Below are positions 28,969-38,588 of a DNA stretch of 43,686 nt, piece by piece (position 1 is the stretch's first letter; every line of letters starts with the position of its first letter). This stretch comes from Alphaproteobacteria bacterium. GTDB lineage: Bacteria > Pseudomonadota > Alphaproteobacteria > Rickettsiales > UBA3002. The stretch spans positions 1 to 43,686 of the forward strand of contig JAUIBB010000002.1 of assembly GCA_030427685.1 (NCBI GenBank), written 5' to 3'. The position numbers were made by a program, and so were the translations under genes. A model generated the notes under the pieces. The model ran no database searches. It was not told the DNA's origin and saw only the letters and a list, made by a program, of their open reading frames with translations.

Positions 28969-30206
28969 TGGCGGGGGGCATGAAACTAGCTGTTTCGCCG
29001 CTTGCGCCAGAGGCATCTCCCACCTTGCCGCCGGTTGCGGGGGTGCGGTTGGCAACGGCTGCTGCTGGCATTAAATACGCAAACCGTGTCGATGTGTTGT
29101 TGGTTGAACTGGCCGCTGGCACTACGGCGGCTGGGGTGTTCACCCGTTCTAAAACCGCATCTGCGCCGGTAGACTGGTGCCGCAAGGTGCTGGCTTCTGG
29201 CGCTGGACGGGCAGTGCTGGTGAATTCTGGTAATGCCAATGCATTTTCCGGACGGCGTGGGATCACTGCGGTAGAGCATACAGCCGCGGCGGCGGCAAAT
29301 GCGGTGGGCTGTACGCCAGAAGATGTCTACCTCGCTTCGACCGGCGTGATTGGTGAGCCATTGCCCTATGAAAAAATTACGGCGGCGATGCCGGATCTCA
29401 GCCGGAATCTCCGTCCGGACACGTGGGCCGATGCCGCTGCGGCGATCATGACGACGGATACTTTTCCCAAGATGGCGACGCGTGAGGTCACGATCAACGG
29501 GCAGGTGGTGCGGATCAATGGTATTGCCAAAGGCTCCGGGATGATTGCGCCGGACATGGCGACCATGCTGGCGTTTGTTTTTACCGATGCCACGGTTGAT
29601 GCCCCGTTGTTGCAGTCCATGTTGCAGCAAAGCAATGCCAAGAGCTTTAACGCCGTCACGGTGGATGGTGATACCTCTACGTCCGATACTGCACTGCTGT
29701 TTGCGACTGGCGCTTCTGCTGCGGTGATTGCGCAGGATACGCCGGAAGCTGAGGCATTCCAGCAGGCGCTGGATGGGCTGATGATTGAACTGGCACAGCT
29801 TATTGTGCGCGATGGTGAGGGGGCACAGAAGCTCATTACCATCGCGGTACATGGTGCTGAGCATGACGATGCCGCGCGACGGATCGGGCTGGCGATTGGT
29901 AACTCACCGTTGGTGAAAACCGCCATTGCCGGTGAAGATGCAAACTGGGGTCGGGTTGTGATGGCCGTTGGTAAAAGTGGCGAGCAGGTGGATCGCGACC
30001 GGTTGCGCATTCGCATTGGTGGCATCACCATCGCGCAGGATGGTGAGCGCGTCGAAGGGTACGATGAAGCCCCCGTCGCCGCACATATGAAAACCCGCGA
30101 TATCCATATTGATGTTGATATTGGTATCGGCAGTGGTGCGGCTACCGTCTGGAGCTGTGACCTGACGCATGGCTATATCGATATCAACGCGGACTATCGC
30201 TCATGA
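28968..30206 (+). CDS. argJ: Bifunctional glutamate N-acetyltransferase / amino-acid acetyltransferase
   Basis: The start is coupled to the upstream TAA (TAATG); an alternative ATG lies at 28980. The autoprocessing-site context is GMIAPDMATMLAFVFTDA, and the C-terminus is WSCDLTHGYIDINADYRS. Confidence 0.93.
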   Translation: MAGGMKLAVSPLAPEASPTLPPVAGVRLATAAAGIKYANRVDVLLVELAAGTTAAGVFTRSKTASAPVDWCRKVLASGAGRAVLVNSGNANAFSGRRGITAVEHTAAAAANAVGCTPEDVYLASTGVIGEPLPYEKITAAMPDLSRNLRPDTWADAAAAIMTTDTFPKMATREVTINGQVVRINGIAKGSGMIAPDMATMLAFVFTDATVDAPLLQSMLQQSNAKSFNAVTVDGDTSTSDTALLFATGASAAVIAQDTPEAEAFQQALDGLMIELAQLIVRDGEGAQKLITIAVHGAEHDDAARRIGLAIGNSPLVKTAIAGEDANWGRVVMAVGKSGEQVDRDRLRIRIGGITIAQDGERVEGYDEAPVAAHMKTRDIHIDVDIGIGSGAATVWSCDLTHGYIDINADYRS

Positions 30207-30604
30207 AGACCGTACTGGTCTCCGCCGTTGCGTTGATTGACCTTGATGGCCGGGTGCTGCTTGCCCAGCGACCAGAAGGCAAGGCCATGGCCGGGATGTG
30301 GGAATTCCCCGGCGGTAAGGTCGAGCCGGGCGAAACCGCTGAGGCCGCATTGACCCGTGAAATTCGTGAAGAGCTGGGTGTCGAAATCTGCGAGCGCTGT
30401 GCCTCGCCATTGACCTTTGTCAGCCATGCTTACGAGCATTTCCATCTCCTGATGCTGCTTTATGTCTGCCGCAAATGGGAGGGGATCCCGCAATCACTCG
30501 AAGGGCAGGCGCTAACCTGGAAGCATCCGCGCGAAATGGTGCAAATGCCCATGCCACCTGCCGATGTGCCGTTGATCGCCGCGCTAATGGACCATCTCGG
30601 ATAG
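30203..30604 (+). CDS. mutT: NUDIX hydrolase, MutT-type 8-oxo-dGTP diphosphatase
   Basis: It overlaps the argJ stop as ATGA. The canonical Nudix box is GMWEFPGGKVEPGETAEAALTREIREELGV. Confidence 0.8.
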   Translation: MKTVLVSAVALIDLDGRVLLAQRPEGKAMAGMWEFPGGKVEPGETAEAALTREIREELGVEICERCASPLTFVSHAYEHFHLLMLLYVCRKWEGIPQSLEGQALTWKHPREMVQMPMPPADVPLIAALMDHLG

Positions 30605-31477
30605 TTATTGCAGCACTTGTGTCAGGGATATTTTTCCGCTGCCGCGTTTGGCCGGTTGTTGCTGATTGGGCGCCGGTTTCCAGCCTGTCATGGTGATAAG
30701 TTCAACGGTCGAGCAAATCTGTCCCTCAGGATCGCTATGTTGTGCAGCATAGCGTGCGGCGGCATCCAGAAACAACCCACGTGGGGTAAAATGTCGGACT
30801 TGCTGGAGTAGCATGTTGGATTGTGCCGCGCCGCGCAGGTCATCCATCAAAGCAAACAGGTTCGGATGGGTAATGGTGAGGGTGTCGCTATCGGCGACGG
30901 GTAAGGCAAAGCCTGCGCGTTGTAGTAGTGCGCCAGCATCGCGTACATCAAGAAACGGGGCAACCCGTGGGCTAAGGCCGCCCGTGCGTGCAGATTCTGC
31001 TGCGGCGAGGATGTCGCGTAGCTCATGCAGGGTGCCGCCGCCGGGGAGGATGGCCATAAACAACCCATCTGGTTTCAGCATGCGCTGGATTTGTGCCAGC
31101 GTGCCGGGCAGGTCATTCACCCAGTGCAGCGAGAGCAGGCTGACAACGGCATCGACGCTGTTATCGGCAAAGGGTAACGCCTCTTCATCCGCTACAATGC
31201 GTGGTCCGGAATGGGCGTGCAGCGCTTGTGGCAGATTGTCACAGGCGATGTAATGGTCAGTCCCCTCACGGGTGGCGAGGGCCGCGTGCAGGGCAGGGGA
31301 GTAGGCGCCAAGTGCCACAATCGTCGGAAAAGGGCGGAGGATAAAGCCGAGTGATTCCGCCAGCCGTTCGGCTGCCTCGCGGTGCAGGAAGTCATGCTGC
31401 GCGAATTGTGGAAGCGTGCGTGCGCGGCGCTTGCGAAGTCGGGCGCGATCGAACAGAATGGGCGGCGATTGATCCAT
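30605..31477 (-). CDS. Class I SAM-dependent methyltransferase (Methyltransf_11/BioC-like)
   Basis: 290 aa. Motifs are VDAVVSLLSLHWVNDLPG and LKPDGLFMAILPGGGTLHELR. It lies divergent to comF, an arrangement common in alphaproteobacteria. Confidence 0.75.
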   Translation of the reverse strand: MDQSPPILFDRARLRKRRARTLPQFAQHDFLHREAAERLAESLGFILRPFPTIVALGAYSPALHAALATREGTDHYIACDNLPQALHAHSGPRIVADEEALPFADNSVDAVVSLLSLHWVNDLPGTLAQIQRMLKPDGLFMAILPGGGTLHELRDILAAAESARTGGLSPRVAPFLDVRDAGALLQRAGFALPVADSDTLTITHPNLFALMDDLRGAAQSNMLLQQVRHFTPRGLFLDAAARYAAQHSDPEGQICSTVELITMTGWKPAPNQQQPAKRGSGKISLTQVLQ

Positions 31478-31496
31478 GCCACCGCTCTAGCGAAGA

Positions 31497-32267
31497 TTGT
31501 CCCGGATGACCAGCATGAAGCGATACCGCTCAATGGTTGCGTTAACTGCTTCGGCGGCGCGGCTGGTAGTGGATGTCGCGTTCCCTCCAAGCTGCCCTTC
31601 CTGCCGCGCCACGGTCACTGCCGATGGCAATTTCTGTGCGGATTGCTTTGCAAAGCTCCACATGATTTCTGCTCCGTTTTGCACCTGCTGCGGGATCCCG
31701 TTCGTGATTGCGCTGGAGCAGGAAATGCAGTGCCCCGATTGCCTTGCCACGCCGCCTGCTTTTAGCAAAGCGCGTGCGGCGCTGGTCTATGATGCCGTCA
31801 GCGCGCCGCTGGTTTCGGCGTTGAAGTTTCAGGATCAGTGGGCAGGGCTGGGCCGCCATGCGCAGATGATACTGGGCGCAGGAAGCGACCTGTTGCGCGG
31901 CGCCGATGCGCTGGTGCCAGTGCCACTGCACTGGCGGCGGCTGTTGCGGCGTAAATACAATCAATCGGCACTGTTGGCCTATAGTATCAGTGCGCAGTCA
32001 GGGGTTGCGTGTGCACCCGCATTGCTGCAACGTGTGCAGGCGACTCCACCGCAGATGCGGCTGGATCGTGCGACCCGCCTGCGTAACGTAAAAAACGCAT
32101 TCATGGTGCCGCCGGAGCATGTGCCGCAGGTCGCAGGGAAAACGCTGGTGCTGGTGGATGATGTCATCACCACGGGCGCAACGGTTGAGGCTTGTGCCCA
32201 TGCATTGAAGCAAGCCGGGGCCAGTGAGGTGCGAGTGTTGGCACTCGCCCGGACAGTGAAGGAGTAG
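31497..32267 (+). CDS. comF: ComF-family protein (zinc ribbon plus phosphoribosyltransferase domain)
   Basis: The Cys pairs are PPSCPSC and FCADC / PFCTCCG. The PRTase motif is TLVLVDDVITTGATV. The start is uncertain: TTG at 31497 or ATG at 31506/31515. Confidence 0.82.
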   Translation: MSRMTSMKRYRSMVALTASAARLVVDVAFPPSCPSCRATVTADGNFCADCFAKLHMISAPFCTCCGIPFVIALEQEMQCPDCLATPPAFSKARAALVYDAVSAPLVSALKFQDQWAGLGRHAQMILGAGSDLLRGADALVPVPLHWRRLLRRKYNQSALLAYSISAQSGVACAPALLQRVQATPPQMRLDRATRLRNVKNAFMVPPEHVPQVAGKTLVLVDDVITTGATVEACAHALKQAGASEVRVLALARTVKE

Positions 32268-32269
32268 TC

Positions 32270-33088
32270 ATGGAACCATTCAACGCAGCGGCGATCCAGT
32301 TCACCAGCGGTGACGATATCGCTGAAAATATTACCCGGCTTACCCCGTTGGTCGAAGAAGCCGTTGCGCAAGGGGCAACGCTGGTGATGACGCCAGAGAA
32401 TATCTTCTACATGCGCCGCGAAGGCACGGCGCGGATGGAGGATGTGCCGATGCTTGCGCATCCCGGGGTTCTCTGGGCACAGGAAGTAGCCAAGCGCCAT
32501 GGGATATGGCTGCATATCGGCTCGATCCGTGCGCGCGAGGCGGGGATGGAAAAGCCCTTCAACCGTAGCCTGCTGATCTCGCCAGAGGGGGCAATCACCG
32601 CAACGTACGATAAAATCCACCTGTTTGACGTCACGTTGGCCGATGGCAACCGCTATCTGGAATCCTCGCAGGCGGTGCCGGGCGAGCAGGCGGTGACGGC
32701 GGCACTTCCTTCGGCGGTGCTGGGGTTTAGCATCTGTTACGACTTGCGCTTCCCGGCGTTGTATCAGGCGCTTTCTGCACGTGGGGCGACCTTGCTGACG
32801 GTGCCTTCTGCGTTCACGCGGCCAACGGGTGAGGCGCATTGGCATACCTTGCTGCGTGCGCGGGCTATTGAAAATGCCTGCTACGTCATTGCCCCGGCGC
32901 AATGCGGTGCACATCCCGGTGGGCGGGAGACGTATGGGCATAGCCTGATTATTGATCCGTGGGGTGAGGTGCTCGCCGAGGCAAGTGCAGAGCAGCCAGA
33001 GGTACTGATTGCACCGATTGATCCGTCGCGGGTGGCACGCGCGCGTGCGCAGGTGCCGGTGCTGGAGCATCGGCGCGCTATACGTTAA
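32270..33088 (+). CDS. Carbon-nitrogen hydrolase (nitrilase superfamily) protein
   Basis: The catalytic Glu/Lys/Cys contexts are LVMTPENIF, YDKIHLFD and GFSICYDLRFP. Confidence 0.88.
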   Translation: MEPFNAAAIQFTSGDDIAENITRLTPLVEEAVAQGATLVMTPENIFYMRREGTARMEDVPMLAHPGVLWAQEVAKRHGIWLHIGSIRAREAGMEKPFNRSLLISPEGAITATYDKIHLFDVTLADGNRYLESSQAVPGEQAVTAALPSAVLGFSICYDLRFPALYQALSARGATLLTVPSAFTRPTGEAHWHTLLRARAIENACYVIAPAQCGAHPGGRETYGHSLIIDPWGEVLAEASAEQPEVLIAPIDPSRVARARAQVPVLEHRRAIR

Positions 33089-33807
33089 TTGGTCAGGGAA
33101 ACCTGTGTGCCTGCGTTGATAGGGTCATGCAGGCTGGCCTGGTTTGTTGCGATGGTGGGGGCGGGGCCTGCCGCCTTCTTTTTCGGCTGGTCGTCGTGCG
33201 AAATAGTGAGGGTGCCATGTTTGGCGGCTTCAGCTGTCTTGGTATCCTCCAGCGCGAACTGGGTTTCGATCAGCTTATCGCTAAGTTGGGCATTCTTTGT
33301 GCGCAGGGAGGTAATTTCCTCTTTTGCCTGCTCGAACTGTTGCTTGCCGCGGCCAGAGACGCGCGCTCCGGTAAAAAAGCCGGTGACAAGGCCGATTGTC
33401 GAGAGCGCAGCAGAGGTGACCACCGCGCTGTTGATTGCATTGGCAACGCGCTGGGCAGGGTCGCGTTGTTCCAGTTTGGCAAGCCCGGTTTTGACCGGTT
33501 GGAACCCGCGCACCCAGTTGACCAATCCTTCGCCGATATTCAGTGACCATTTGCCGAAGCCACCAAGGCCGTGCACCAGATGGTTGGGGGACTCATGCAG
33601 TTTGCTGACATAGGTGTGGCATGCTTCCATGGCGCGGCCAACACGCGTTGGGAAGATTGCTCCCGCCACCGCACCAAGAATTGCACCGCCAATCAGCAGT
33701 GACTTTCCATGCACGACGCTCTCACCCAGCCCGGCTACAATCGGGTTCGCACCCTTGTAGCGTTGCTGCGTAATATCGTCCTGCGGCTTCTGGTCGCGGT
33801 TTTCCAT
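33085..33807 (-). CDS. Hypothetical membrane protein with glycine-zipper-like TM segments and a C-terminal coiled coil
   Basis: 240 aa. The TM-like segments are SLLIGGAILGAVAGAIF and AVVTSAALSTIGLVTGFFTG. The heptad-like stretch is QQFEQAKEEITSLRTKNAQLSDKLIETQFALEDTK. I recognise no family. It overlaps the nitrilase gene by 4 nt (convergent). Confidence 0.5.
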   Translation of the reverse strand: MENRDQKPQDDITQQRYKGANPIVAGLGESVVHGKSLLIGGAILGAVAGAIFPTRVGRAMEACHTYVSKLHESPNHLVHGLGGFGKWSLNIGEGLVNWVRGFQPVKTGLAKLEQRDPAQRVANAINSAVVTSAALSTIGLVTGFFTGARVSGRGKQQFEQAKEEITSLRTKNAQLSDKLIETQFALEDTKTAEAAKHGTLTISHDDQPKKKAAGPAPTIATNQASLHDPINAGTQVSLTN

Positions 33808-33901
33808 CCTTTGATTCTAACGCAGGATGATGACAGTTTGATGACAAAGCGGGGATTATTTTGCCAATAAGCCGCTAAATTCGTTAATATTTTGTGGTTT
33901 T

Positions 33902-34669
33902 TTAGCGTTTCGCCGCCATCAGGTAGTTCACGTCGAGGTCTTTGGGGTTCAGGCTGAATTGCCAGTTCAGGGGGTTTAGCGTCAGGCCGCAGGTGTCTAC
34001 AACGCTGAATTGGCGTGCGGTGAGGGCATTGGCCATTTCACTGGGGCGGATGAATTTGCTCCAGCTATGCGTACCGCGCGGCACCCAACGGAGGAGGCGC
34101 TCGGCGGCGATAATCCCCAGCGCATAGGACTTTGCCGTGCGGTTGAGGGTCGAGAGGATGAGGATGCCGCCGGGCTTCACCAGCGCGGTCAGGGCATCGT
34201 AGAATAGCGAGATATCCGCCACATGCTCGATGATTTCGAGGGCGAGGACGATGTCAAACTGCGCGCCATCGGCGGCCAGTGCTTCGGCGGTGGTGGCGCG
34301 GTAGTCAATGTTCAGGCCGCCTGCTTGTGCATGCAATCCGGCGACGCGGACATTGGTTTCGGAGGCGTCGATCGCGGTGACCTTTGCCCCAAGGCGTGCC
34401 ATGGGTTCGGCAATCAGGCCGCCGCCGCAGCCGATATCGACCAGCGAAAGATTGTTGAGTGGTGTGGCGGATTCGCCATCGGCCGTGCCAACGCCGTAAA
34501 AGTGGCGTATTGCCTGATCCCGGAGGTATTCAATCCGCACGGGGTTGAGCTTATGCAGTGGCGCGAATTTGCCGCGTGTATCCCACCATTCATCCGCAAT
34601 GGCCGAGAAGCGAGCGACTTCCGCGTCATCGACCGTGCTTGCCGAAGCCTGTGCCGCCGTGCTTACCAT
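33902..34669 (-). CDS. ubiG: Bifunctional 3-demethylubiquinol 3-O-methyltransferase / 2-polyprenyl-6-hydroxyphenol methylase
   Basis: The SD GGGAGGG lies 6 nt upstream of the ATG at 34669. Motifs are VARFSAIADEWWDTRGKFAPLHKLNPVRIEYLRD and the SAM motif LVDIGCGGGLIAEPMA. Confidence 0.93.
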   Translation of the reverse strand: MVSTAAQASASTVDDAEVARFSAIADEWWDTRGKFAPLHKLNPVRIEYLRDQAIRHFYGVGTADGESATPLNNLSLVDIGCGGGLIAEPMARLGAKVTAIDASETNVRVAGLHAQAGGLNIDYRATTAEALAADGAQFDIVLALEIIEHVADISLFYDALTALVKPGGILILSTLNRTAKSYALGIIAAERLLRWVPRGTHSWSKFIRPSEMANALTARQFSVVDTCGLTLNPLNWQFSLNPKDLDVNYLMAAKR

Positions 34670-34731
34670 TTACACCCTCCCACCCTACGTGTTATAAATC
34701 ATGGATATTCATTCACTCCTTCATAGGCCGC

Positions 34732-35738
34732 ATGGAACCTTCACGCAACAAACGATCCTTAATGAGCGTCGTCGCTGAAGCAGAGTCAACGCTTCAGGAG
34801 CTGCTCTATGACCGGCCAATGGCATGGCTGCAAGCGGCGCGTGAGCGGATGCGGGATTTACCGAAGACCAATTTCGAGCTCGGCTGTAAATTTGCGGAAA
34901 TGGGGAAATGGCACGATGCGCTGTTTCGCTTCCGGGTGACGCTTTACCTGCAGCCGGCCTATCCGCAGGCGCACTACAATCTGGGATGCTGCTACTACCG
35001 GCTTGGGCAGCGTAGCAAGGCACGCGCTGAGTTTCGGCGGGTGCTTCAGGCCGAGCCGGGGAACCAGGATGCTATTTTCATGCTGGCGTCGATTGACCCG
35101 CAGGCCCTGTCGCCAAACCAGCGTCCGCAGACAATGCCCGAGGCGCTTGTGACCAAGTTTTTTGGCAGCCTCGCCGCAGATTATAACCTGACAGAAGCAG
35201 AGAATAAATACCGTGGCGGTGTTCTGGTGGCCGAGCAGGTGAAACCGTTATTGCCGACATCGGATATTACCGTGGTTGATCTGGGCTGTGGCACTGGCAT
35301 TGCAGCTATTCCCTATCGGTCGATTGCGGCAGAGATCATCGGTGTTGATCGTACGCCCGAGATGGTTGAGCAGGCGGCCTTGCAGGCGCAGCAGGAGCAG
35401 AAGCTTTTTGACCGTGTGGTAACGGCAGATATTACGGCGCTGGGCGATGCGCTTGCGGCTGGCTCGGCTGATCTGGTGCTGCTGGTCAATGTGGTGCAGT
35501 TCGTAGGCCGGTTGCAGGAGGTGATGGCCGAGGCGGCGCGGTTGTTGAAGCCTTCTGGCTACATCGCGGTGCCGATGGGTTTGGGGTGGCGCCAGATAGT
35601 GGCCGTTTTGGCCATCACCCGGCCTATGTCAAACAGATTGCTGAACCGCTTGGTTTGGCCTGCGTGAAAGAAATCAGGCTGCCACTCTACCCTGATGCAT
35701 CGGCAACATGCCTGCTCTTACATAAGGAAACACGCTGA
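34732..35738 (+). pseudogene. TPR-repeat plus SAM-dependent methyltransferase gene interrupted by a -1 frame change near 35560-35600
   Basis: Frame A (ORF 34558..35667, likely ATG 34732) encodes the TPR region (YLQPAYPQAHYNLGCCYYRLGQRSKARAEFRRVLQAEPGN), the SAM motif VVDLGCGTGIAA and LLKPSGY. It then degenerates into GLGWRQIVAVLAITRPMSNRLLNRLVWPA. The -1 frame reads DGFGVAPDSGRFGHHPAYVKQIAEPLGLACVKEIRLPLYPDASATCLLLHKETR. That frame stops at TGA 35736-35738, which overlaps the rimI ATG (TGATG). Confidence 0.6.
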
Positions 35739-36202
35739 TGGGCGTTGATGATTATCGGATTCGCTCGGTAGGGCGCCACTACTCCAAAACGCTGGCAAAC
35801 CTTCATGAGAGCTGCTTCGCCAAGGGCTGGAGCTACCTCGAGTTTGAGAGCTTCTTTGAGCGGAAGGGGATGTTCGCTGCGATTGCGCACCATAAAGAAA
35901 AGGGCGACGTTGGATTCGTGCTGTGCTGGCTGATTGAAGACCAGTGCGACCTGCTGTCGATGGGCGTATTGCCGGACTATCGGCGCGATGGCGTTGGTGT
36001 CCTGCTGCTTGAATATGCATTGGAGCATGCGGCGGGGCTGGGTGCCAAGTTTATGATGCTGGAAGTGAACGTCAACAACACGGCGGCGCAGACGCTCTAT
36101 GAAGCGCATGGCTTCGAGAAATTCTCGGTGCGTAAAGACTATTACAGCAACATAGATGGCTCGCGGTCGGACGCGATCTGCATGCGTAAAGCGTTGGGAT
36201 AA
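35738..36202 (+). CDS. rimI: Ribosomal-protein-alanine N-acetyltransferase (GNAT)
   Basis: 154 aa. The acetyl-CoA site is LLSMGVLPDYRRDGVGVLLLEYALEHAAGLGAKFMMLEVNVNNTAAQTLYEAHGF. Confidence 0.8.
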   Translation: MGVDDYRIRSVGRHYSKTLANLHESCFAKGWSYLEFESFFERKGMFAAIAHHKEKGDVGFVLCWLIEDQCDLLSMGVLPDYRRDGVGVLLLEYALEHAAGLGAKFMMLEVNVNNTAAQTLYEAHGFEKFSVRKDYYSNIDGSRSDAICMRKALG

Positions 36203-36272
36203 CGCTTCTTTGTGGTGGGGTGCACTCCCCTCTGGACTCTCTTTGCTGAACTCTTTATAACCCCCCGCACTT

Positions 36273-37532
36273 ATGGCACTAATTGTACAGAAATTCGGTG
36301 GGACGTCGGTCGCGGATATTGCGCGCATCAAGCATGTGGCGACGCGAGTGAAACACGAGGTCGAGGCAGGCAATCAGGTGATTGTCGTGGTCTCTGCCAT
36401 GTCTGGCGTCACCAACCAGCTGGTCGATTATTGTAATGAGGTCAGCAACCTGATGACGGATGCTGCGCGCGCCAATGCAGATCATGTGATCGCTGCGGGA
36501 GAGCAAGTAACCTCTGGCCTGTTGGCATTGGAGCTACAATCGCTTGGTCTGCCTGCGCGTGCATGGTCCGGGTGGCAATTGCCGCTTTCGACGGACACCC
36601 GCTATGGCAAAGCGCGCATTGTCCATATTGATACGAAGAGCATTCTGGACTCCCTCGCAGAAGGTACGGTGGCGGTGATCGCCGGGTTCCAGGGCGTTAG
36701 CCCCGAGGGGCGCGTTACCACTCTTGGGCGTGGTGGTTCCGATACCTCTGCGGTTGCCATCGCGGCGGCATTTAACGCAGAGCGCTGCGATATTTATACG
36801 GATGTGGACGGGGTTTATACCTGCGACCCACGCATCGTGAAAAAAGCGAAGAAGCTCGATAAAGTAAGCTACGAGGAAATGCTGGAGATGGCATCGCTCG
36901 GCAGCAAAGTATTGCAGACGCGTAGCGTCGAGCTGGCCATGAATTACCGGGTGAAGGTGCAGGTGCTCTCGACATTCGATGAGCGCCCCGCAGATCAGCT
37001 GCCGGGCACCTTACTGGTGGATGAGGAGGATCTAGTGGAACAACAACGCGTAACAGGGCTTGCCTATAGCCGTGACGAAGCTCGCATCACGCTGGTGAAT
37101 GTCGAGAACTGTCCGGGCGTATCGGCGGGGATTTTCGGGCCGCTGGCCGATCACGGCATCAATGTCGACATGATCGTCCAGAACGTAACAGAAGATGGTA
37201 AGCAGACCGATATTACCTTCACGGTTGGCAAGGCAGACCTCGCGCGTGGGTTAGAGGTGCTGAAAACAGCGCCGGGGATCCCGCATTATGAGACGGTTCA
37301 TACGGATGCCGGGGTTGCCAAAATATCGGTGATCGGGGTGGGTATGAAAAGCCACGCCGGGGTGGCGTCGGAAATGTTCCGCACACTGGCCGAGAAAAGC
37401 ATCAACATTATCGTGATCTCGACGTCGGAAATTAAAATCTCGGTGCTGATCGACGAAAGTTATATTGAGCTTGCACTGCGTGCGCTGCATACGGTCTATG
37501 GGTTGGATGCGGTAGAAGAGCAATCATGCTAG
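36273..37532 (+). CDS. lysC: Aspartate kinase
   Basis: It begins MALIVQKFGGTSVADIARIK and includes VVVSAMSGVTN, GRGGSDTSAVAIAAA and two C-terminal ACT domains. Confidence 0.95.
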   Translation: MALIVQKFGGTSVADIARIKHVATRVKHEVEAGNQVIVVVSAMSGVTNQLVDYCNEVSNLMTDAARANADHVIAAGEQVTSGLLALELQSLGLPARAWSGWQLPLSTDTRYGKARIVHIDTKSILDSLAEGTVAVIAGFQGVSPEGRVTTLGRGGSDTSAVAIAAAFNAERCDIYTDVDGVYTCDPRIVKKAKKLDKVSYEEMLEMASLGSKVLQTRSVELAMNYRVKVQVLSTFDERPADQLPGTLLVDEEDLVEQQRVTGLAYSRDEARITLVNVENCPGVSAGIFGPLADHGINVDMIVQNVTEDGKQTDITFTVGKADLARGLEVLKTAPGIPHYETVHTDAGVAKISVIGVGMKSHAGVASEMFRTLAEKSINIIVISTSEIKISVLIDESYIELALRALHTVYGLDAVEEQSC

Positions 37533-37557
37533 CCGTTGCACGGTGAAGGAGAACGGA

Positions 37558-38565
37558 ATGACCAAATCACTTGAGGCGCTCTGGGCGCGTGGCCGTGAAT
37601 TGCTGGGCTGCGAATATGCGATCATGGGCGGGGCGATGAGCTGGGTTAGCGAGCGCCATCTGGTCGCGGCATTGTCGAATGCCGGTGCGTTTGGGGTTAT
37701 TGCTGCGTCATCAATGCCGCCGGAACTGCTCGACAAGGAGATCAAGGCAACGCAGGCGCTGACGCAAAAGCCGTTTGGTGTGAACCTGATTCTTATGCAC
37801 CCGCAACTGGCGGAACTGGTCGAAATCTGTATCGCCAATCAGGTAACGCATGTGGTGCTCGCTGGTGGGATGCCAAAGGGGCCAACCATTAACCGCCTCA
37901 AGGAAGGTGGTGCGAAAGTAATCGCATTCGCACCGACGGCAGGTATCGGCAAAAAGCTCATCCGCATGGGCGTCGATGGGTTGGTGATTGAGGGTACGGA
38001 AGCCGGTGGTCATATCGGCCCGGTCTCGACCTCGGTACTGGCGCAGGAAGTGCTGCCGGTGATTACAGATGTGCCCGTGTTTGTGGCTGGTGGAATTGGC
38101 CGTGGCGAGGCGATGGTGTCGTACCTTGAAATGGGAGCCAGCGGTGTACAGCTTGGCACGCGCTTTGTCTGTGCGAGCGAATCCATCGCGCATGAGAATT
38201 TCAAAAAAGCCTTCATCAATGCTGCCGCGCGCGAGGCCACGGTATCGGTGCAATACCATCCGGATTTCCCGGTGATTCCGGTGCGTGCGATCTCCAACAA
38301 GGCGTCGGAGGAATTCACCCGCTTCCAGAAGGAGACGGTGGAGAAGGTCTTCTCTGGCCAGCAGAGCAAAGAAGAAGGCCAGCTCGCTATCGAGCATTTC
38401 TGGGCTGGTTCCTTGCGCAAAGCCGTCATCGACGGTGATGTTGAGCGTGGTTCGCTGATGGCGGGTCAGTCCGTCGGCATGGTCAATAAAATCCAGACCT
38501 GTCAGGAAATCATTGACGAGCTGGTCGCGCAGGCGCAGGCTTATCTGGGTGAGGTTGCCGCTTAG
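37558..38565 (+). CDS. NAD(P)H-dependent flavin oxidoreductase, nitronate monooxygenase / FabK-like family
   Basis: The ATG at 37558 has AGGAG 7-8 nt upstream. Motifs are AIMGGAMSWVSERHLVAALSNAGAFGVIA and LVIEGTEAGGHIGP. Confidence 0.82.
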   Translation: MTKSLEALWARGRELLGCEYAIMGGAMSWVSERHLVAALSNAGAFGVIAASSMPPELLDKEIKATQALTQKPFGVNLILMHPQLAELVEICIANQVTHVVLAGGMPKGPTINRLKEGGAKVIAFAPTAGIGKKLIRMGVDGLVIEGTEAGGHIGPVSTSVLAQEVLPVITDVPVFVAGGIGRGEAMVSYLEMGASGVQLGTRFVCASESIAHENFKKAFINAAAREATVSVQYHPDFPVIPVRAISNKASEEFTRFQKETVEKVFSGQQSKEEGQLAIEHFWAGSLRKAVIDGDVERGSLMAGQSVGMVNKIQTCQEIIDELVAQAQAYLGEVAA

Positions 38566-38588
38566 CGCCTGCTCAGAAAGGGGAATCC

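Noticed and set aside
35577-35583. The G-GGT-TTG heptamer considered as a programmed -1 ribosomal frameshift site in the TPR-methyltransferase gene.
   Set aside because: Not rejected outright, but it is not my primary explanation. The heptamer ends in G, the downstream hairpin is only 5 bp, and a 1-nt indel or sequencing error explains the data more simply. It is kept as an alternative in the finding.
36203-36272. A possible lysine riboswitch or leader upstream of lysC.
   Set aside because: The spacer is only 70 nt, far shorter than an L-box. It shows just one short hairpin (gggg-tgcact-cccc) and no conserved L-box motifs by eye.
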